From a virus (Duplodnaviria > Caudoviricetes): DNA of 64,000 nt. The position numbers and the translations under genes are program-made. Where the stretch lies: positions 6,033-70,032 of IMG/VR virus record IMGVR_UViG_2899946620_000001, one strand, 5' to 3'. The notes below the pieces were generated by a model, which saw only the letters and a list, made by a program, of their open reading frames with translations, made no database searches and was not told the DNA's origin. Shown here one piece after another: positions 15,605 through 24,841 of this stretch (positions are counted from its first letter, which is position 1; every line of letters starts with the position of its first letter).

Positions 15605-16972
15605 ATGGCCAACATCATCGCGTTCGTCCGCGACAGCCTGACAAACATGGTCGCCAGCTTGGGCACCGGCCGGGACAAGGCAGCGGCTAACGTCTATTCG
15701 ATGCCGATGTTGTCGGACGAGGAGCTGCTCAACGCCTACCGTGGTGCGTGGCTGCCCCGGAAGATCGTCGATATCCCGGCCTTCGACAGCATCCGCGCCT
15801 GGCGCGATTGGCAGGCGAAGAAGCCGCAGATCGAGGCAATCGAAGCGGAAGAGAAGCGGCTGAACCTCAAGGGCAAGCTGCTGGAGACCCGCATCAAGGC
15901 GCGGCTCTGGGGCGGCGCTGCGATGGTCATCGGTACCGGCGACCAGGACCTGACACAGCCGCTTGACGTCGAGCGCATCGGGAAGGGCGGTCTGAAATAC
16001 CTCACGGTCATGACGCGGCGCCATCTCACGGCCGGCGAAATCGATCGAGATCCGGCGTCGGAATGGTACGGCAAACCGAAGGTCTACCAGTTGAACTCCG
16101 CCGACGGCACCCAGGTCGAAATCCATCCCTCGCGCCTGGTCATCTTCAACGGCAGCCAACAGCCTGACGAGGACATCGTCACCACGACTTATGCCGGCTG
16201 GGGCGACAGCGTGCTCTTGTCAGTCGTCGATGCGATCAAGCAGGCCGACGGTACCGCGGCAAACATCGCCAGCCTCGTCTTCGAGGCGAAGGTCAACGTG
16301 ATCCGCATCCCGGATTTCATGCAGAACCTTGGCGATGAGCGGTACCGGGCGAAGATCCTCGAGCGCTACACGCTCGCAGCCACGGCCAAGGGCATCAACG
16401 GCGACCTGCTCCTCGACAAAGAGGAGGAGTACGAGCAGAAGACCGCCAGCTTCGCCACGCTGCCTGATGTGCTGATGTCTTTCCTGCAGATCGTTTCCGG
16501 CGCCGCCGACATTCCGGCCACCCGGCTTCTCGGCCAGTCGCCGGCCGGCATGAACGCGACCGGCGAAAGCGACCTGCGCAACTACTACGACCGCTTGCAG
16601 GCAATGCAGACCGTCGAGATGACGCCTGCCATGGCGCGCCTCGACGAGTGCATCATTCGCAGCGCGCTCGGCTCCCGCGATCCGGACATCTACTACGAAT
16701 GGGCACCGCTCTGGGGCATGTCGGAGAAGGAGAAGGCCGACGTCTTCAAGACGAAGGCCGATGCGGCTCGGCAGCTGGTCGGATCCGGCACGGGGCAGGA
16801 GATCATCCCGCGCGAAGCCGTTTCCGATGCTCTGGTCAACACGTTCATTGAGGACGGATCACTGCCCGGCCTCGATGCAGCGATTGAGGAATACGGCAAG
16901 CTCGCCGAGCAAGAAATCGATCCTACCCAGCACAGCGCGGCTATAGTGGGCGAGGAGATCCGCCGTGCGTGA
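15605..16972 (+). CDS. Portal protein (DUF1073 family)
   Basis: Follows terL; KIVDIPAFDSIRAWR, ARLWGGA, GAADIPATRLLGQSPAGMNATGESDLRNYYD. Confidence 0.9.
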   Translation: MANIIAFVRDSLTNMVASLGTGRDKAAANVYSMPMLSDEELLNAYRGAWLPRKIVDIPAFDSIRAWRDWQAKKPQIEAIEAEEKRLNLKGKLLETRIKARLWGGAAMVIGTGDQDLTQPLDVERIGKGGLKYLTVMTRRHLTAGEIDRDPASEWYGKPKVYQLNSADGTQVEIHPSRLVIFNGSQQPDEDIVTTTYAGWGDSVLLSVVDAIKQADGTAANIASLVFEAKVNVIRIPDFMQNLGDERYRAKILERYTLAATAKGINGDLLLDKEEEYEQKTASFATLPDVLMSFLQIVSGAADIPATRLLGQSPAGMNATGESDLRNYYDRLQAMQTVEMTPAMARLDECIIRSALGSRDPDIYYEWAPLWGMSEKEKADVFKTKADAARQLVGSGTGQEIIPREAVSDALVNTFIEDGSLPGLDAAIEEYGKLAEQEIDPTQHSAAIVGEEIRRA

Positions 16973-16987
16973 CAAAAGCCGCGACCG

Positions 16988-17542
16988 TCATTTCTTCACG
17001 CACTCGGAATCCAAAGTGAAAGTACCTTCTAACGGTTTGATTTCGTATTTCCGCTTGTATTCGCCCTCGCAAATAACGGCTGAGGCAGTTTCGGTACCGA
17101 TGACCAATGCGACACCTGCGATTAGAACGTAAGCGATGATCGGAATGGGATCATCCGTCATAATTATCGAGCCGGAGCGTTCACCGGACACCGAATAGAC
17201 CGCCTTATTAATTTTGTTCTCGCCTGCTTGAAATTGCGCAGTAATGCGCTGCGTGACAACGATGCCCATCTCCTTGGCCGTTGCAAAAGCCATTTCTGTA
17301 GTGACTGCTTCGGGTATGTGCACTTCAATTGGTGTCTGGACGCCGTCCGACGCTCGCACGAACGTGCCGCCGATGACGTAAGTGCTGTTCACAGCCTCGA
17401 GCTTCGAAGTGGCTCCGACCGCCAGAATCGAAATTTCATCTGAGTCTGAGATGGTGATTTCCGCGGTGCCGAAAGTATTTTCCGCATGCGCAATCGACGC
17501 CCAGGAGACGGCGCCGATGAGCGACCAAACCAATGCTCTCAT
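16988..17542 (-). CDS. Exported/membrane moron protein
   Basis: Signal peptide MRALVWSLIGAVSWASIAHA, beta-rich body, late hydrophobic helix; AT-richer, antisense in the head operon. Confidence 0.7.
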   Translation of the reverse strand: MRALVWSLIGAVSWASIAHAENTFGTAEITISDSDEISILAVGATSKLEAVNSTYVIGGTFVRASDGVQTPIEVHIPEAVTTEMAFATAKEMGIVVTQRITAQFQAGENKINKAVYSVSGERSGSIIMTDDPIPIIAYVLIAGVALVIGTETASAVICEGEYKRKYEIKPLEGTFTLDSECVKK

Positions 17543-17640
17543 AACGAAGCCCCCCATCTTACCTATGGCTAATATGCTGCCACGACAAGTTGTTGGGGGC
17601 AATGTAGCCCTTCCGGGTTACCCTACGAGGCGAGGCAACC

Positions 17641-18786
17641 ATGAAGTTCACAGACCTTGCGCCGATCGCGGGCACGCGACGGACCGCCGACGGCTACCTT
17701 GTTGCTGACGTGCGCACCGCGCGCACTGGCATCCAGCTCTATGCCGGTCATGAGGTCGGCAAGCCGGAAATGGCAACGGTAAAGGTCTACCGTCCTGAGG
17801 ATCAGGTCTTTGATAAGGACAGCCTCGGCAGCTACGCGCACAAGCCGGTGACGAACGATCATCCGGACGAGGCGGTGACGGCCGAGAACTGGAAAGCGCT
17901 TTCCGTCGGCCAGATCGGCGACGAGGTCGCCCGCGACGGTGAATTCGTCCGCGTCCCGCTCATAGTCATGGACGGCGCCACCATCGGCGACATCGAGGGC
18001 GGCAAGCGTGAGCTTTCCGCCGGCTACACCTGCGATCTCGCATGGGAACCGGGCACGACGCCCGAGGGCGAGAAGTACGACGCCATCCAGAAGGATATCC
18101 GGATCAACCACGTCGCCATCGTGCAGCGCGGACGCGCCGGATCAGAAGCTCGCATCGGCGACGGTGTGAGGTCGTGGGGCGCTGCCCCGTTCACCAGTGA
18201 TCAGAAACCGAAAGAGGACAAGATCATGACCCTGAAGACGGTTACCGTCGATGGCATCCCGGTTGAAGTAACCGACCAGGGTGCCACGGTGATCGGCACG
18301 CTGCAGCAGCGCCTTGCCGACGCCAACACCAAGTTCGCCGACGCCGAGAAGGCCCATCAGACGGCTCTGGCCGCCAAGGATGCCGAGCTGGCGAAGAAGG
18401 ATGCTGAGCTCGATGCTCTGAAAGGCAAGATCCTTTCCGACGCCGATCTCGACAAGCGCGTCCAGGCCCGTGCTGATCTCATCACCAAGGCGCATGCGAT
18501 CGCCAAGGACGTGAAGACCGAAGGTCTCTCGGATGCGGCGATTCGCAAGGCTGTCGTCGTCGCCAAGCTCGGCGATGCTGCCATCGCCGACAAGTCGGAG
18601 GCCTACATCGACGCTCGCTTCGACATGCTCGTCGAGGACGCCAGCAAGAACGGCTCCGATCCGTTCCGCACTGTCGTGCAGAATGGCCTTTCGCAGGTCA
18701 GCGACGCCGACAAGGTCGTGACCGACGCCTATTCCCAGATGGTCGCCGACATGAAGGCCGGCAAGACCTCTGCGGCAGCCAACTAA
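17641..18786 (+). CDS. DUF2213 prohead protease/scaffold protein
   Basis: TADGYLV...ARTGIQLY, KPVTNDHP, ELSAGY, NHVAIVQRGRAG; coiled-coil C-terminus. Confidence 0.9.
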   Translation: MKFTDLAPIAGTRRTADGYLVADVRTARTGIQLYAGHEVGKPEMATVKVYRPEDQVFDKDSLGSYAHKPVTNDHPDEAVTAENWKALSVGQIGDEVARDGEFVRVPLIVMDGATIGDIEGGKRELSAGYTCDLAWEPGTTPEGEKYDAIQKDIRINHVAIVQRGRAGSEARIGDGVRSWGAAPFTSDQKPKEDKIMTLKTVTVDGIPVEVTDQGATVIGTLQQRLADANTKFADAEKAHQTALAAKDAELAKKDAELDALKGKILSDADLDKRVQARADLITKAHAIAKDVKTEGLSDAAIRKAVVVAKLGDAAIADKSEAYIDARFDMLVEDASKNGSDPFRTVVQNGLSQVSDADKVVTDAYSQMVADMKAGKTSAAAN

Positions 18787-18798
18787 GGAGGCGCTTCA

Positions 18799-19269
18799 AT
18801 GGCTACCTACCAGACCACCTATGGCGCGGCTCCCGCGAAGGGGCTTGCAGGCCAGATCGCTTCCGAAGAGAAGTGCAACAAGGTCAGCCGCACTGTCGAG
18901 ACGGCGGCCGGCATCAAGTTCGGCGCTCCCGCTCAGCGGGGAGCCGGCAATCATGGCGTTGCCATCCTCACCACCGGCGACTTTCTCGGGCTCGCAGTGC
19001 TCAATCCCGCGGTACCGCCGAGCGCCAGCAACCCTGACGCCTATCCGCAGTACTTCACCGGCGCCTTCATGACGATGGGCACGATGTACGTCACCGCGGG
19101 TGCAACTGTCGCTGCCGGTGACCCGGTCTACTATGTGACCGCCACCGGCCGCTACACGAACACGGACAACACGGGTGCCAACCCCGCAATCCCCGATGCC
19201 TTCTTCGAAGAATCGGGCACCGATGGCGCCATCGTCCAGATCAGCCTTGGCCTGCGCCATCAGGCGTAA
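18799..19269 (+). CDS. Head decoration/cement protein
   Basis: 156 aa Gly/Ala-rich ORF between scaffold and capsid genes. Confidence 0.75.
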   Translation: MATYQTTYGAAPAKGLAGQIASEEKCNKVSRTVETAAGIKFGAPAQRGAGNHGVAILTTGDFLGLAVLNPAVPPSASNPDAYPQYFTGAFMTMGTMYVTAGATVAAGDPVYYVTATGRYTNTDNTGANPAIPDAFFEESGTDGAIVQISLGLRHQA

Positions 19270-19294
19270 CGGCTCGCGAAAGGAACCCTGAACT

Positions 19295-20272
19295 ATGAAC
19301 CAGATCATCCGTCAGGCCTTCGCTGATGCGCAGGCCGCGTTCCCCTTCGTCATCGCGCAGGGGCGCAACATCGAGACCCGCATCTACCAGCGGCGCTATC
19401 CGACCTTCAACTACGGTGCACACGTGCCCGTCGTGACGGAAGGGAATGCCTGGGCGATCGGCACGACCTTCTTCACCGTCGATACCGCAGGCGAGGCGAA
19501 GTTCCTCTCCGGCGCCGGTACCGACATGCCCTTCAACCAGGCAACGAAGGACATGGCCAGCCATGACTTCGCGATGATCGGCTCCGGCTGGGAGTGGAAC
19601 CTCGAGGAGGTCAATCAGGCTGCCCTTTACGGCATCGACCTGAACGGCACCAAGGCCATGTCGGCGTCCGACAAGGTCGAGCGCCTGCTCAACTCGGTTG
19701 CCATGGTCGGCACGACCGAGAAGAACTGGACCGGCTTTGTCAACGACCCGCAGGTCTCGCGTGTCGACGTTGCCGCGGATGGCGCAGGGGGCGGCGGTTC
19801 GTCCACCTTCTGGGTCAACAAGACCAACGACCAGATCCTCCGGGACATCAACGACCTGATCTCCAGCGTCCGCGAGAATACCTCGGAAGTGGAATGGGTC
19901 GACACGCTCCGCCTGCCGCCGGAAGCGTTCCGTCTCATCGCTACCCGCCGTCTCGGCGAAGGCGACGGCCTTCTGACCCTCCTGGAGTACATCCGCCGCA
20001 ACAACGTCTACACGGCGGAAACGGGCCAGCAGCTCGACATCCAGCCGCTCCGCGAGCTCGCCACGGCCTCCCAGGACGGCGGCGGCCGCATGGTCGTGTA
20101 TCGCCGGGATTCGGAAGTTCTCCGCTTCCACCTGCCGATGCCGCGCCGTGTCCTCCAGCCGCGCCAGAAGTCCATCATGGGCTTCGAAACCGGCATCATC
20201 GCCCGTACCGGCGGTACCGAATGGCGTCTGCCCGGTGCTGCCGCCTACGGCGACGAAATCACCGCACCGTAA
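19295..20272 (+). CDS. Major capsid protein (DUF2184 family)
   Basis: 325 aa; GWEWNLEEVNQA, DTLRLPP, RFHLPMP, ARTGGTEWRLP. Confidence 0.9.
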   Translation: MNQIIRQAFADAQAAFPFVIAQGRNIETRIYQRRYPTFNYGAHVPVVTEGNAWAIGTTFFTVDTAGEAKFLSGAGTDMPFNQATKDMASHDFAMIGSGWEWNLEEVNQAALYGIDLNGTKAMSASDKVERLLNSVAMVGTTEKNWTGFVNDPQVSRVDVAADGAGGGGSSTFWVNKTNDQILRDINDLISSVRENTSEVEWVDTLRLPPEAFRLIATRRLGEGDGLLTLLEYIRRNNVYTAETGQQLDIQPLRELATASQDGGGRMVVYRRDSEVLRFHLPMPRRVLQPRQKSIMGFETGIIARTGGTEWRLPGAAAYGDEITAP

Positions 20273-20286
20273 TCGGAGGATCGGTC

Positions 20287-20628
20287 ATGAAGGTCACCAA
20301 CAACAGCAAAGCGCTGCAGGGCGTCCGCTCGAAGGGGCGGGCGGTCTACATCCAGCCGGGCGAAACCAGAGACGTCGATCTCGAGGGCGTTGATCTCGAA
20401 AAGGCCAAGCGCCTTCGCTTCCTCAAGATCGAGGGCGCTTCCAAGGCTGCCGCCAACCAGGACGGCGACGGCCCGAAGACGGCACTGGAAGTGCTCGAAA
20501 TGGCGAAGGACCAGAACGTGCAGTTCATGTCCTTCAAGTCGGCCGCTAAAAAGCTGCTCGGCGAAAAGACCCCGTCCACCAAGGACGAGATTGTCGCTGC
20601 TCTCGAAGAGCTGGCGACGCAGCCCTGA
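20287..20628 (+). CDS. Head-associated hypothetical protein
   Basis: Start reset to MKVTNNSK, RBS GGAGG. Confidence 0.7.
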   Translation: MKVTNNSKALQGVRSKGRAVYIQPGETRDVDLEGVDLEKAKRLRFLKIEGASKAAANQDGDGPKTALEVLEMAKDQNVQFMSFKSAAKKLLGEKTPSTKDEIVAALEELATQP

Positions 20629-20679
20629 CAATCAGCCCGGCGGTAATCTGCCGGGCCTAATCTTGCATCGGAGATCGAC

Positions 20680-21174
20680 ATGGCTGGATACGGCACGAAC
20701 GACGGCTTCACGTCTTACGCAACCGAAGCTGGCTATGTCTTTCCCGATGGCACGACCGATGAACAGAAAACCGCTGCCCGCCAGCGCGGTTCTCTGGTGA
20801 TCGATCGGTATGAGCCGAAGTTCAGCGGCCGGCGCACCGGCGGGTATGCCCAAGAGCGCGCATGGCCGCGCACCGGCGCGACGACCTACTACGGCGAGGA
20901 GATCCCCTCAAACGAAACACCGGTCGCCATCATCAACGCCTCCTACGAGGCGGCATTCCTCGAGCTGACGAACCAGGGGAGCCTTTCGCCCGTCGTCACC
21001 GGATCGCAAACGGTGAAGCGCGAGAAGATTGGGCAGCTTGAAGTCGAGTATTCAACCTCTTCGTCAACGGACATCGACAATCTCGTCTCACTCGCCACGC
21101 CTGTCGTGACGACGATCGAGGGATTGCTTTGGCCGTTCCTCATGCCGTGCATCCCTGGCGCTCTGGTGGTCTGA
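20680..21174 (+). CDS. Head-tail adaptor (DnaT-like annotated family)
   Basis: QERAWPR, IINASYEAA, VKREKIGQLEVEY. Confidence 0.8.
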   Translation: MAGYGTNDGFTSYATEAGYVFPDGTTDEQKTAARQRGSLVIDRYEPKFSGRRTGGYAQERAWPRTGATTYYGEEIPSNETPVAIINASYEAAFLELTNQGSLSPVVTGSQTVKREKIGQLEVEYSTSSSTDIDNLVSLATPVVTTIEGLLWPFLMPCIPGALVV

Positions 21175-21536
21175 TGGCGAACCCGATCTATGCACGGATG
21201 CAGGCGACGGCGCAGCGCCTGATCGCCAAGTATGGTCAAGCCGGTACGGTCAAGCGCGTGACGCCTCCGGATCCTGTCTACGGCGGCGATCCTGTCGAGA
21301 CGGCCTATCCGGCCACGCTCGTGCCTATGGCCTATGAGACCCGCTACATCGACGGAACGGTCATTCTCAGCGGGGATATGCAGATTTACATCTCGGCGGT
21401 CGGTCTTCCGATCGAGCCGACCGTCGGCGACGTCGTCACCGCCAATGGGAAAGACTACGCCATCATCAACGGCGACCCGAACAAATACGACGGCATCACG
21501 CCGGTCGTCTTCATCGTCCAAGGAAGAATCGCATAG
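21174..21536 (+). CDS. Head closure / head-tail joining protein
   Basis: MQATAQRLIAKYGQ...IDGTVILSGDMQIY; TGATG coupling. Confidence 0.8.
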   Translation: MANPIYARMQATAQRLIAKYGQAGTVKRVTPPDPVYGGDPVETAYPATLVPMAYETRYIDGTVILSGDMQIYISAVGLPIEPTVGDVVTANGKDYAIINGDPNKYDGITPVVFIVQGRIA

Positions 21537-21555
21537 GTATATTTTTAGTCGCTGA

Positions 21556-21583
21556 TTTACACCTCCGGTACATGTGATATTGT
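21556..21583 (+). promoter_or_regulatory. Moron promoter
   Basis: TTTACA-N16-TATTGT with TG extension in an AT-rich patch. Confidence 0.5.
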
Positions 21584-21614
21584 TTGGTTGTGGGGAGATG
21601 AGGGGCTCAATCAT

Positions 21615-21845
21615 ATGAGGAAGAAAACAACTATAGCCATTCTGTTGGTGCTAAGCGCAACTTTGTGTTCGTGCGCGATGGGTGGCCACACGGTCACGGG
21701 AAATGCCACGGGAGGGACAGTCAGCAACACGGTCAGTGTTGGCGACGTCTGCGCAGGTATGACGGCGAACTGCACGCGCGAGGCGCGGCAAACCTCAGCG
21801 TCAACAGCCCAAAGTTCAGCAGCTGCAGAAGGCGCGACAGAATGA
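21615..21845 (+). CDS. Small lipoprotein A (moron)
   Basis: MRKK + hydrophobic core + lipobox LCSC. Confidence 0.65.
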   Translation: MRKKTTIAILLVLSATLCSCAMGGHTVTGNATGGTVSNTVSVGDVCAGMTANCTREARQTSASTAQSSAAAEGATE

Positions 21846-22120
21846 AGCTTCGCTTTGTTGTCGTTTCAACCTCACTCATCTTGTGCGGCTGTGTCGCGCA
21901 AGGGGGGCAGAGCATCCACGGAGATCCTGAGGGCGGAAGCATAAAAACGAACATCAATTTACCAATCCATGTAACACAAGTGCAGGGCGGGATGGGACGG
22001 ACGTGTTACAACACGATGAATCGTGCGCCCATGTGCATGATGTATCAACCTGGCTATCAAGGAAGTTCATGCTTCTGTCAGGGCCCCTGGGGACCTGTTC
22101 CGGGTGTAATAGGCCCCTAG
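21842..22120 (+). CDS. Small lipoprotein B with Cys-rich C-terminus (moron)
   Basis: MKLR + hydrophobic core + lipobox LCGC; ends RTCYNTMNRAPMCMMYQPGYQGSSCFCQGPWGPVPGVIGP; ATGA-coupled. Confidence 0.7.
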   Translation: MKLRFVVVSTSLILCGCVAQGGQSIHGDPEGGSIKTNINLPIHVTQVQGGMGRTCYNTMNRAPMCMMYQPGYQGSSCFCQGPWGPVPGVIGP

Positions 22121-22146
22121 GTCGGCAATTGAAACGCTTACTCAAC

Positions 22147-22170
22147 AGGCCCGCTTCGGCGGGCCTTTTT
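22147..22170 (+). terminator. Rho-independent terminator inside the late operon
   Basis: AGGCCCGC-TTCG-GCGGGCCT followed by a T run. Confidence 0.85.
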
Positions 22171-22188
22171 CATAGGAAGGATCGCAGC

Positions 22189-22350
22189 ATGAGCGTGCCC
22201 GCACAGAACTTCCAGAAACTCATGGAAGCGCCTGCTTCGAAGATATTTGCCGTCCTGGTTGACCTCTACGGACGTGAGATCGCCGACAAAGTCGCCAAGG
22301 AAGTCATCAAACCCAGTGTCGGCCCGAAGGTCGACTGGCCCAAGTGGTGA
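22189..22350 (+). CDS. Small hypothetical protein
   Basis: 53 aa from MSVPAQNFQK, RBS GGAAGGA. Confidence 0.6.
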   Translation: MSVPAQNFQKLMEAPASKIFAVLVDLYGREIADKVAKEVIKPSVGPKVDWPKW

Positions 22351-22361
22351 GAGGATCAGTA

Positions 22362-22526
22362 ATGAGCAAGATCAAAGTCGAAGTCGTTAAGCCCTTCGAG
22401 CGCTACAAGATCGGCGACAAGCCGGAGCTTACCGCAATCAAAGCGGCCACGCTGGAAAAGATGGGACTGGTGAAGCCGGCCAATCAGACGGCAGAGAAGC
22501 AGATCGCCAAAGCGGAGGCCAAGTGA
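22362..22526 (+). CDS. Small hypothetical protein
   Basis: 54 aa from MSKIKVEVVKPF, RBS GAGGA. Confidence 0.6.
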   Translation: MSKIKVEVVKPFERYKIGDKPELTAIKAATLEKMGLVKPANQTAEKQIAKAEAK

Positions 22527-22729
22527 TGGCGGACGGATCGATCAAATTCGACATAGAGACAGATCCGAACGTGCATGCCGTTGAGGCCGTTCGCGATCTC
22601 GCCGACGTTGTCCCTCCCATTGTTCGGAATGGCGTCAAGGTTGAGATTGAATTCTCCTCGATGCAGTCGGTCGGCATGACCAACACACGGCGCGCGATCA
22701 CCGTCACCTTTGCTAGGGACGATGCATGA
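22526..22729 (+). CDS. Small hypothetical protein
   Basis: TGATG coupling upstream, ATGA coupling downstream. Confidence 0.6.
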   Translation: MADGSIKFDIETDPNVHAVEAVRDLADVVPPIVRNGVKVEIEFSSMQSVGMTNTRRAITVTFARDDA

Positions 22730-23763
22730 CCTTCGACGAGCTGCTCGCCACGTATGAACCGCGCTTGGCGGCTGCGTTTCGTGAGGCAATCGAGGAAATT
22801 CGCTCGTCGGTCGTGCTGGCGCGCGTGATCGAGCGTCTTGAGTGCGGCGACGTCAACGGCGCTATTGAGGCAATGCACTTGGAGCCGGAGGCATTCTCGG
22901 CTCTTGATGTGGCGTTGACCGAGGCCTTCAACGCCGGCGGCATCAATGCGGTCGGAGAGCTGCCGAACCTGATCGAGCCGAATGGCGCGCGTGTTATCTG
23001 GCGTTTCGGCGTTCGCAACCCCGTTGCCGAGGCGATCCTCCGCGACCTGTCGTCGACGATGGTCACGCACATCACCGATGACCAGCGGCAGGGCATCCGC
23101 CAGGCGCTGGAGCAGGGGCTTGCCCGCGGGGCCAACCCGAGATCGACGGCGCTCGACGTTGTCGGCCGGCAGAACCGCGTCACCGGCCGCCGAGAAGGCG
23201 GCGTGTTAGGCCTGACGCGATACCAGCTCGAGTTTATCGAACGGGCGCGCCTGCATCTTGCTTCCGGCGCCCCGGACCTGATGAACCGGTATTTCGAGCT
23301 CAAGACGCGCGACAAGCGTTTCGACCGGACCGTTATGGCTGCGATACGCGCTGGAAAGCCGGTCACCGGAGAAACCCTGACGCGGATCATCGGCAGGCTT
23401 CGCGATAAGAACCTGCTTCTCCGCGGGGAAATGCTGGCTCGCACCGAAACCATGATGGCACTCGGCTCCGCGCGCGATGAAGCGATGCGGCAGCAGATCG
23501 AGGCCGGGAAGGTCCAGGCCCAGGACGTCAACAAGCGATGGCATTCAGCCGGCGACAACCGGGTGAGGCACACGCACCGCGTTTTGAATGGGCAAGCCGT
23601 CGGCATCGATCAAGTATTCCAGAGTCCGAGCGGCGCCATGCTTCGCTATCCGGGCGACCCGCGCGCGCCGATCAGCGAAATATCCGGCTGCCGCTGCTGG
23701 TGCGAGTATGACGTCGACTACATCGCTGCAGGCCTGCGGCGCTACCGGGCGAGGGCGGCCTGA
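22726..23763 (+). CDS. Head morphogenesis / minor head protein (SPP1 gp7, Mu F-like)
   Basis: MLARTET, KRWHSAGDNRVRHTH..LNGQ, YPGDP......SGCRC. Confidence 0.85.
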   Translation: MTFDELLATYEPRLAAAFREAIEEIRSSVVLARVIERLECGDVNGAIEAMHLEPEAFSALDVALTEAFNAGGINAVGELPNLIEPNGARVIWRFGVRNPVAEAILRDLSSTMVTHITDDQRQGIRQALEQGLARGANPRSTALDVVGRQNRVTGRREGGVLGLTRYQLEFIERARLHLASGAPDLMNRYFELKTRDKRFDRTVMAAIRAGKPVTGETLTRIIGRLRDKNLLLRGEMLARTETMMALGSARDEAMRQQIEAGKVQAQDVNKRWHSAGDNRVRHTHRVLNGQAVGIDQVFQSPSGAMLRYPGDPRAPISEISGCRCWCEYDVDYIAAGLRRYRARAA

Positions 23764-24209
23764 TGGCAAACCTCAAGTTCAGCGCTCAAATCGCGGCATG
23801 GGCTGATAAGGTGCCGGAGGCTGTCGAGGCGGTATTGAAGGAGAGCACGAAGGAAATCGTGCGCGAGATGCAGACGCCTCGCGCCGCCGGCGGCCGGATG
23901 AGGGTGGACACCGGGTTCCTCCGGGCTTCGCTCATGGCGTCCACCGCCGCCATGCCATCAATCAACCCGGCTGCCCAGCCGGTCGAGGGCGGGGCCTACA
24001 CCTATAACGATGGGCAGATCGAAGCGGTGATTGCCGGGGCAGCCATCGGTGACACGCTGTATTTCGGCTACACAGCGGCGTACGCGGGCCACCGCGAGTA
24101 CGGCGCCAATGGCCAGCCGCCGGATGCGTTCGTTCGTCTTGCTGTCCAGAATTGGGGAATGACGGTCGACCGCACCGCGAAGAAGGTCAAGGCTGCGTTT
24201 GGTCTTTGA
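23763..24209 (+). CDS. Tail completion protein (HK97 gp10-like)
   Basis: MRVDTGFLRAS, YAGHREYG, AFVRLAVQNW. Confidence 0.8.
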   Translation: MANLKFSAQIAAWADKVPEAVEAVLKESTKEIVREMQTPRAAGGRMRVDTGFLRASLMASTAAMPSINPAAQPVEGGAYTYNDGQIEAVIAGAAIGDTLYFGYTAAYAGHREYGANGQPPDAFVRLAVQNWGMTVDRTAKKVKAAFGL

Positions 24210-24396
24210 TTGCCCGGTTGCCGTCGCTGCCTTCCTCGGCGGCCATTAGCAGCCCGAGGGACAGCAGCATCAACGACTTCTCGGCGGCGCGTAGGGCCGT
24301 CTCAGCGCGAACCGTTTCACCAGTCGCCTGCGCGAGCGTCATCCTCGCATTGGTCAGCAAGTCATGCGCCTGGTTGTCGGTCAGCTTTTCGGACAT
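24187..24396 (-). CDS. Possible small antisense protein
   Basis: MSEKLTDNQAHDLL... fills the only gap between two tail genes; helical composition. Confidence 0.4.
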   Translation of the reverse strand: MSEKLTDNQAHDLLTNARMTLAQATGETVRAETALRAAEKSLMLLSLGLLMAAEEGSDGNRAIKDQTQP

Positions 24397-24409
24397 GAGG
24401 AATTGATAC

Positions 24410-24826
24410 ATGGCGGTCGGTATCGACGCAATCATCTTCAAGGCGTTGACCGATCATCTACTTACGATGACGCCGGCGCTCCCCATCGCTGCACCTAACG
24501 TCGTGTTTCCGGCCGCCGGGCAATCCATGCCGTCGAAGTACCTGGCAGTCTCGTTCCTGCCAAACCAGACGCGGGAAATCACCTTGGGAGACGACCCGCA
24601 GCAGAAGCGGGGGCTCTACCAGGTCTCAGTCGTGTTCGCGGTAGGCGTGGGGATCATTGGTGCGCTCGAGACAGTCGAGACCATCATCTCGCTCTTCAAA
24701 AACCGTTCGCTGTTTGCTTCTGGCGTGAAGGTCACGATCAGCAGCGAGCCATGGGCATCAGGCCCAATCCAGGAAGGAAACCGGGTCCAGATCCCGGTCA
24801 CCATCCCATACTACTGTTTTGCCTAG
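24410..24826 (+). CDS. Tail terminator protein
   Basis: IAAPNVVF, GLYQVSV, VQIPVTIPY; precedes the tail tube gene. Confidence 0.8.
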   Translation: MAVGIDAIIFKALTDHLLTMTPALPIAAPNVVFPAAGQSMPSKYLAVSFLPNQTREITLGDDPQQKRGLYQVSVVFAVGVGIIGALETVETIISLFKNRSLFASGVKVTISSEPWASGPIQEGNRVQIPVTIPYYCFA

Positions 24827-24841
24827 GAAAGGATCCGAACA

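Noticed and set aside
15605-16972. Anti-CBASS (Acb1) function sometimes attached to DUF1073 proteins
   Set aside because: Size, position after terL and motifs fit a portal; no HxT/HxS phosphodiesterase pair was recognised
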